Program-made: the position numbers and the translations under genes
In this document: positions 56,241 to 64,000 of the stretch, in pieces
Numbering within the stretch: the stretch's first letter is position 1
Layout: every line of letters starts with the position of its first letter
Notes under the pieces: model-generated
Database searches by the model: none
What the model was told of the DNA's origin: nothing
Seen by the model: the letters and a program-made list of their open reading frames with translations, nothing else
Origin: Eledone cirrhosa
Lineage: Eukaryota
DNA: 64,000 nucleotides
NCBI GenBank assembly: GCA_964016885.1
Contig: OZ024741.1
Coordinates: 415,710,001 to 415,774,000 of the forward strand
Direction of reading: 5' to 3'

Positions 56241-59200
56241 GGGTCTCTGTTATATTAACTGGGGTCTCTGTTATATTAACTGGGGTATGTTATATTAACT
56301 GGGGTCCCTGTAATATTAACTGGGGCCTCTGTTATATTAACTGGGGCCTCTGTTATATTAAATGGGGTCTCTGTTATATTAGCTGGGGCCTCTGTTATAT
56401 TAACTGGGGTCTCTGTTACATTAAATGGGGTCTCTGTATATTAACTGGGGCCTCTGTAATATTAACTGGGGTCTGTTATATTAACTGGGGTCTCTGTTAT
56501 ATTAACTGGGGTCTCTGTTATATTAACTGGGGTCTCTATTACATTAACTAGGGTCTCTGTTATATTAACTGGGGCCTCTGTTATATTAACTGGGGCCTCT
56601 GTTATATTAAATGGGGTCTCTGTTATATTAACTGGCGCCTCTGTTATATTAACTGGGGCCTCTGTTATATTAACTGGGGCCTCTGTTATATTAACTGGGG
56701 TCTCTGATATATTAACTAGGGTCTCTGTTATATTAAATGGGGTCTCTATTATATTAACTGGGGTCTCTGTTATATTAACTGGTGCCTCTGTTATATTAAC
56801 TGGGGTCTCTGTTATATTAACTGGGGCCTCTGTTATATTAACTGGGGTCTCTGTTATATGAACTAGGGTATGTTATATTAACTGGGGTCTCTGTAATATT
56901 AACTGGGGTCTCTATTATATTAACTGGGGTCTCTGTTATATTAACTGGGGCCTCTGTTATATTAACTGGGGCCTCTGTTATATTAACTGGGGTCTCTGTT
57001 ATATTAACTAGGGTCTCTGTTATATTAAATGGGGTCTCTGTTATATTAACTGGGGTCTCTGTTATATTAACTGGTGCCTCTGTTATATTAACTGGGGTCT
57101 CTGTTATATTAACTGGGGCCTCTGTTATATTAACTGGGGCCTCTGTTATATTAACTGGGGTCTCTGTTATATTAACTGGGGTCTCTGTTATATTAACTGG
57201 GGTATGTTATATTAACTGGGGTCTCTGTTATATTAACTGGGGCCACTGTTATATTAACTGGGGCCTCTGTTATATTAACTGGGGCCTCTGTTATATTAAA
57301 TGGGGTCTCTGATATATTAACTGGGGTCTCTGTTATATTAACTGGGCCCTCTGTTATATTAACTGGGGCCTCTGTTATATTAACTGGGGCCTCTGTTATA
57401 TTAAATGGGGTCTCTGTTATATTAACTGGCGCCTCTGTTATATTAACTGGGGCCTCTGTTATATTAACTGGGGCCTCTGTTATATTAACTGGGGTCTCTG
57501 TTATATTAACTAGGGTCTCTGTTATATTAAATGGGGTCTCTGTTATATTAACTGGGGTCTCTGTTATGTTAACTGGTGCCTCTGTTATATTAACTGGGGT
57601 CTCTGTTATATTAACTGGGGCCTCTCTTATATTAACTGGGGCCTCTGTTATATTAACTGGGGTCTCTGCTATATTAACTGGGGTCTCTGTTATATTAACT
57701 GGGGTATGTTATATTAACTGGGGTCTCTGTAATATTAACTGGGGTCTCTATTATATTAACTGGGGTCTCTGTTATATTAACTGGGGCCCCTGTTATATTA
57801 ACTGGGGCCTCTGTTATATTAACTGGGGTCTCTGTTATATTAACTAGGGTCTCTGTTATATTAAATGGGGTCTCTGTTATATTAACTGGGGTTTCTGTTA
57901 TATTAACTGGGGTCTCTGTTATATTAACTGGTGCCTCTGTTATATTAACTGGGGTCTCTGTAATATTAACTGGGGTCTCTATTATATTAACTGGGGTGTC
58001 TGTTATATTAACTGGGGCCTCTGTTATATTAACTGGGGTCTCTGTTATATTAACTGGGGCCTCTGTTATATTAACTGGGGCCTCTGTTATATTAACTGGG
58101 GCCTCCATTATATTAACTGGGGTCTCTGTTATATTAACTAGGGTCTCTGTTATCTTAAATGGGGTTTCTGTTATATTAACTGGGGCCTCTGTTATATTAA
58201 CTGGGGCCTCTGTTATATTAACTGGGGCCTCTGTTATATTAAATGGGGTCTCTGTTATATTAACTGGGGCCTCTGTTATATTAACTGGGGCCTCTGTTAT
58301 ATTAACTGGGGTCTCTGTTATATTAACTAGGGTCTCTGTTATATTAAATGGGGTCTCTGTTATATTAACTGGGGTCTCTGTTATATTAACTGGTGCCTCT
58401 GTTATATTAACTGGGGCCTCTGTTATATTAAATGGGGTCTCTGATATATTAACTGGGGTCTCTGTTATATTAACTGGGGCCTCTGTTATATTAACTGGGG
58501 CCTCTGTTATATTAACTGGGGCCTCTGTTATATTAAATGGGGTCTCTGTTATATTAACTGGGGCCTCTGTTATATTAACTGGGGCCTCTGTTATATTAAC
58601 TGGGGTCTCTGTTATATTAACTAGGGTCTCTGTTATATTAAATGGGGTCTCTGTTATATTAACTGGGGTCTCTGTTATATTAACTGGTGCCTCTGTTATA
58701 TTAACTGGGGTCTCTGTTATATTAACTGGGGCCTCTGTTATATTAACTGGGGTCTCTGTTATATTAACTGGGGTATGTTATATTAACTGGAGTCTCTGTA
58801 ATATTAACTGGGGTCTCTATTATATTAACTGGGGTCTCTGTTATATTAACTGGGGCCTCTGTTATATTAACTGGTGCCTCTGTTATATTAACTGGGGTCT
58901 CTGTTATATTAACTAGGGTCTCTGTTATATTAAATGGGGTCTGTGTTATATTAACTGGGGTCTCTGTTATACTAACTGGTGCCTCTGTTATATTAACTGG
59001 GGTCTCTGTTATATTAACTGGGGCCTCTGTTATATTAACTGGGGCCTCTGTTATATTAACCGGGGTCTCTGTTATATTAACTGGGGTCTCTGTTATATTA
59101 ACTGGGGTATGTTATATTAACTGGGGTCTCTGTTATATTAACTGGGGCCACTGTTATATTAACTGGGGCCTCTGTTATATTAACTGGGGCCTCTGTTATA

Positions 59201-59850
59201 TTAAATGGGGTCTCTGATATATTAACTGGGGTCTCTGTTATATTAACTGGGCCCTCTGTTATATTAACTGGGGCCTCTGTTATATTAACTGGGGCCTCTG
59301 TTATATTAAATGGGGTCTCTGTTATATTAACTGGCGCCTCTGTTATATTAACTGGGGCCTCTGTTATATTAACTGGGGTCTCTGTTATATTAACTAGGGT
59401 CTCTGTTATATTAAATGGGGTCTCTGTTATATTAACTGGGGTCTCTGTTATATTAACTGGTGCCTCTGTTATATTAACTGGGGTCTCTGTTATATTAACT
59501 GGGGCCTCTGTTATATTAACTGGGGCCTCTGTTATATTAACTGGGGTCTCTGCTATATTAACTGGGGTCTCTGTTATATTAACTGGGGTATGTTATATTA
59601 ACTGGGGTCTCTGTAATATTAACTGGGGTCTCTATTATATTAACTGGGGTCTCTGTTATATTAACTGGGGCCTCTGTTATATTAACTGGGGCCTCTGTTA
59701 TATTAACTGGGGTCTCTGTTATATTAACTAGGGTCTCTGTTATATTAAATGGGGTCTCTGTTATATTAACTGGGGTTTCTGTTATATTAACTGGTGCCTC
59801 TGTTATATTAACTGGGGTCTCTGTTATATTAACTGGGGTCTCTGTTATAT
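55030..59850. repeat. Copy of about 44920-49740, offset 10,109 bp
   Basis: Pairs 45173/55282, 45781/55890, 47586/57695, 47887/57996 and 48949/59058 all differ by 10109. Confidence 0.87.
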
Positions 59851-62800
59851 TAACTGGGGCCTCTGTTATATTAACTGGGGTCTCTGTTATATTAACTGGG
59901 GCCTCTGTTATATTAACTGGGGTCTCTGTTATATTAACTGGTGCCTCTGTTATATTAACTGGGGTCTCTGTAATATTAACTGGGGTCTCTATTATATTAA
60001 CTGGGGTGTCTGTTATATTAACTGGGGCCTCTGTTATATTAACTGGGGTCTCTGTTATATTAACTGGGGCCTCTGTTATATTAACTGGGGCCTCTGTTAT
60101 ATTAACTGGGGCCTCCATTATATTAACTGGGGTCTCTGTTATATTAACTGGGGTCTCTGTTATCTTAAATGGGGTTTCTGTTATATTAACTGGGGTCTCT
60201 GTTATATTAACTGGTGCCTCTGTTATATTAACTGGGGTCTCTGTTATATTAACTGGGGCCTCTGTTATATTAACTGGGGTCTCTGTTATATTAACTGGGG
60301 CCTCTGTTATATTAACTGGGCTCTCTGTTTTATTAACTGGGGTCTCTGTTATATTAACTGAGGTCTCTGTTATATTAACTGGGGTCTCTGTTATATTAAC
60401 TGAGGTCTCTGTTATATTAACTGGGGTCTCTATTATATTAACTGGGGTCTCTGTTATATTAACTGAGGTCTCTGTTATATTAACTGGGGCCTCTGTTATA
60501 TTAAATGGGGTCTCTGATATATTAACTGGGGTCTCTGTTATATTAACTGGGGCCTCTGTTATATTAACTGGGGCCTCTGTTATATTAACTGGGGCCTCTG
60601 TTATATTAAATGGGGTCTCTGTTATATTAACTGGCGCCTCTGTTATATTAACTGGGGCCTCTGTTATATTAACTGGGGCCTCTGTTATATTAACTGGGGT
60701 CTCTGTTATATTAACTAGGGTCTCTGTTATATTAAATGGGGTCTCTGTTATATTAACTGGGGTCTCTGTTATATTAACTGGTGCCTCTGTTATATTAACT
60801 GGGGTCTCTGTTATATTAACTGGGGCCTCTGTTATATTAACTGGGGCCTCTGTTATATTAAATGGGGTCTCTGATATATTAACTGGGGCCTCCGTTATAT
60901 TAACTGGGGTCTCTGTTATATTAACTGGGGTCTCTGTTATCTTAAATGGGGTTTCTGTTATATTAACTGGGGTCTCTGTTATATTAACTGGGGCCTCTGT
61001 TATATTAACTGGGGCCTCCATTATATTAACTGGGGTCTCTGTTATATTAACTGGGGTCTCTGTTATCTTAAATGGGGTTTCTGTTATATTAACTGGGGTC
61101 TCTGTTATATTAACTGGTGCCTCTGTTATATTAACTGGGGTCTCTGTTATATTAACTGGGGCCTCTGTTATATTAACTGGGGTCTCTGTTATATTAACTG
61201 GGCCCTCTGTTATATTAACTGGGGCCTCTGTTATATTAACTGGGGCCTCTGTTATATTAAATGGGGTCTCTGTTATATTAACTGGCGCCTCTGTTATATT
61301 AACTGGGGCCTCTGTTATATTAACTGGGGTCTCTGTTATATTAACTAGGGTCTCTGTTATATTAAATGGGGTCTCTGTTATATTAACTGGGGTCTCTGTT
61401 ATATTAACTGGTGCCTCTGTTATATTAACTGGGGTCTCTGTTATATTAACTGGGGCCTCTGTTATATTAACTGGGGCCTCTGTTATATTAACTGGGGTCT
61501 CTGCTATATTAACTGGGGTCTCTGTTATATTAACTGGGGTATGTTATATTAACTGGGGTCTCTGTAATATTAACTGGGGTCTCTATTATATTAACTGGGG
61601 TCTCTGTTATATTAACTGGGGCCTCTGTTATATTAACTGGGGCCTCTGTTATATTAACTGGGGTCTCTGTTATATTAACTAGGGTCTCTGTTATATTAAA
61701 TGGGGTCTCTGTTATATTAACTGGGGTTTCTGTTATATTAAATGGTGCCTCTGTTATATTAACTGGGGTCTCTGTTATATTAACTGGGGTCTCTGTTATA
61801 TTAACTGGGGCCTCTGTTATATTAACTGGGGTCTCTGTTATATTAACTGGGGCCTCTGTTATATTAACTGGGGTCTCTGTTATATTAACTGGTGCCTCTG
61901 TTATATTAACTGGGGTCTCTGTAATATTAACTGGGGTCTCTATTATATTAACTGGGGTGTCTGTTATATTAACTGGGGCCTCTGTTATATTAACTGGGGT
62001 CTCTGTTATATTAACTGGGGCCTCTGTTATATTAACTGGGGCCTCTGTTATATTAACTGGGGCCTCCATTATATTAACTGGGGTCTCTGTTATATTAACT
62101 GGGGTCTCTGTTATCTTAAATGGGGTTTCTGTTATATTAACTGGGGTCTCTGTTATATTAACTGGTGCCTCTGTTATATTAACTGGGGTCTCTGTTATAT
62201 TAACTGGGGCCTCTGTTATATTAACTGGGGTCTCTGTTATATTAACTGGGGCCTCTGTTATATTAACTGGGCTCTCTGTTTTATTAACTGGGGTCTCTGT
62301 TATATTAACTGAGGTCTCTGTTATATTAACTGGGGTCTCTGTTATATTAACTGAGGTCTCTGTTATATTAACTGGGGTCTCTATTATATTAACTGGGGTC
62401 TCTGTTATATTAAGTGAGGTCTCTGTTATATTAACTGGGGCCTCTGTTATATTAAATGGGGTCTCTGATATATTAACTGGGGTCTCTGTTATATTAACTG
62501 GGGCCTCTGTTATATTAACTGGGGCCTCTGTTATATTAACTGGGGCCTCTGTTATATTAAATGGGGTCTCTGTTATATTAACTGGCGCCTCTGTTATATT
62601 AACTGGGGCCTCTGTTATATTAACTGGGGCCTCTGTTATATTAACTGGGGTCTCTGTTATATTAACTAGGGTCTCTGTTATATTAAATGGGGTCTCTGTT
62701 ATATTAACTGGGGTCTCTGTTATATTAACTGATGCCTCTGTTATATTAACTGGGGTCTCTGTTATATTAACTGGGGCCTCTGTTATATTAACTGGGGCCT

Positions 62801-63940
62801 CTGTTATATTAAATGGGGTCTCTGATATATTAACTGGGGCCTCCGTTATATTAACTGGGGTCTCTGTTATATTAACTGGGGTCTCTGTTATCTTAAATGG
62901 GGTTTCTGTTATATTAACTGGGGTCTCTGTTATATTAACTGGGGCCTCTGTTATATTAACTGGGGCCTCTGTTATATTAACTGGGGGCTCTGTTATATTA
63001 ACTGGGGCCTCTGTTATATTAACTGGGCTCTCTGTTTTATTAACTGGGGTCTCTGTTATATTAACTGAGGTCTCTGTTATATTAACTGGGGTCTCTGTTA
63101 TATTAACTGAGGTCTCTGTTATATTAACTGGGGTCTCTATTATATTAACTGGGGTCTCTGTTCTATTAACTGAGGTCTCTGTTATATTAACTGGGGTATG
63201 TTATATTAACTGGGGTCTCTGTTATATTAACTGGGTTCTCTGTTATATTAACTGGGGTATGTTATATTAACTGGGGTCTCTGTTATATTAACTGGGGTCT
63301 CTGTTATATTAACTGGGGTATGTTATATTAACTGGGGTCTCTGTAATATTAACTCGGGCCTCTGTTATATTAACTGGGGCCTCTGATATATTAAATGGGG
63401 TCTCTGATATATTAACTGGGTTCTCTGTTATATTAACTGGGGTATGTTATATTAACTGGGGTCTCTGTTATATTAACTGGGGTATATTATATTAACTGGG
63501 GTCTCTGTTATATTAACTGGGGCCTCTGTTATATTAACTGGGGCCTCTGTTATATTAACTGGGGCCTCTGTTATATTAACTGGGGTCTCTGTTATATTAA
63601 CTGGGGTCTCTGTTATATTAACTGGGGCCTCTGTTATATTAACTGGGGCCTCTGTTATATTAAATGGGGTCTCTGTTATATTAACTGGCGCCTCTGTTAT
63701 ATTAACTGGGGTATGTTATATTAACTGGGGTCTCTGTAATATTAACTGGGGTCTCTATTATATTAACTGGGGTCTCTGTTATATTAACTGGGGTCTCTGT
63801 TATATTAACTGGGGTCTCTGTAATATTAACTGGGGTCTCTATTATATTAACTGGGTTCTCTGTTATATTAACTGGGGCCTCTGTTATATTAACTGGGGTC
63901 TCTGTTATATTAACTGGGGTCTCTGTTATATTAACTGGAA
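59720..63940. repeat. Copy of about 33890-38110, offset 25,832 bp
   Basis: ORF pairs 34174/60006 and 36125/61957 and marker 37521/63353 are offset by 25832. Both copies carry the private variants TTAAGTGAGG and ACTGATGCC. Confidence 0.88.
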
Positions 63941-64000
63941 TCGCTGTTATATTAACTGGGGCCTCTGTTATATTAACTGGGGTCTCTGTTATATTAACTG

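Larger units (their letters stand above)
1..64000. repeat. Tandem satellite array of a 21-bp monomer TGTTATATTAACTGGGG(T/C)CTC, about 3,050 copies in one orientation, running off both window edges
   Basis: Every line consists of this unit or close variants. The two major alleles are ...GGGGTCTC and ...GGGGCCTC, plus a 19-bp allele ...GGGGTA. No non-repeat sequence was seen. Monomer GC is 8/21 or 9/21. Copy number is estimated as window length divided by about 21. Confidence 0.99.
32720..64000. repeat. Right HOR domain: variable-length higher-order repeat of about 4-8 kb with a different variant set
   Basis: Marker CTCGGG is at 37521, 45173, 51062, 55282 and 63353. Marker GGAATCGC is at about 45780, 51670, 55890 and 63940. 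Markers GCCTCCATT, GGCCACTG, TCTGCTAT and GGTATATTAT were seen only in this half. Confidence 0.82.

Noticed and set aside
14766-62069. Minus-strand (ETPVNIT)n ORFs as annotated CDS
   Set aside because: Same cause. They are repeatedly truncated by frameshifting 19-mers and by GAG-to-TAG variants, so they are kept only as a low-interest hypothesis.
19-63270. All + strand ORFs, (SVILTGV/A)n running into (CYINWGL)n, up to 558 aa
   Set aside because: They follow from a 21-bp unit with two stop-free + frames. Starts are sporadic point variants (GTG, ATG, TTG), ends are set by 19-bp units, and there is no unique domain or promoter/RBS context. Any resemblance to beta-helix, pentapeptide or membrane repeats is superficial.
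1-64000. CRISPR array or other repeat-spacer system
   Set aside because: The units abut directly with no unique spacers, and there is no leader, cas gene or other gene.
1-64000. Telomerase-synthesised telomere tract
   Set aside because: The order of rare variants is copied over kilobases, which telomerase addition would not produce, and the unit matches no telomeric repeat I recognise.
1-64000. Synthetic concatemer, rolling-circle artefact or encoded data (BsaI site in many units, binary T/C pattern)
   Set aside because: Nested duplications with lineage-specific mutations fit natural satellite evolution, and no adapters, vector sequence or fixed-length framing are visible. Local assembly error cannot be excluded.
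1-64000. G-quadruplex array from the GGGG tracts
   Set aside because: The loops are 17 nt, far longer than canonical G4 loops, and the G tract can pair with the adjacent YCTC. Not supportable without experiment.
1-64000. TATA or -10-like, HNF1-like and TTAA (piggyBac target) motifs in each unit
   Set aside because: These are short AT-rich matches inherent to the monomer. The spacing does not fit the HNF1 palindrome GTTAATNATTAAC, and there is no downstream gene or inserted transposon.

Overview
The whole 64 kb window is one uninterrupted, head-to-tail tandem array (satellite or very large minisatellite) of a 21-bp monomer, TGTTATATTAACTGGGG(T/C)CTC, about 3,050 copies by length. A recurrent 19-bp variant (TGTTATATTAACTGGGGTA) and many point-variant monomers are interspersed. 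I see no unique sequence, inversion, inserted element, CRISPR spacer or credible gene. Every listed ORF is a by-product of the 21-bp period, which leaves three of six frames stop-free: (VILTGVS)n, (CYINWGL)n and, on the minus strand, (ETPVNIT)n. The information lies in the order of variant monomers, which forms a nested hierarchy: monomer, then recurring 13-16-monomer words, then 0.8-2 kb sub-blocks, then 3.6-3.9 kb higher-order repeats (HORs) in the left half and 4-8 kb HORs in the right half, with long-range copies at offsets of 10,109, 23,036 and 25,832 bp. The monomer is itself a quasi-palindrome two helical turns long. The source organism cannot be identified from the sequence; the architecture is typical of eukaryotic satellite DNA. 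I found no supportable novel protein-coding system. Block boundaries are approximate and were read by eye.
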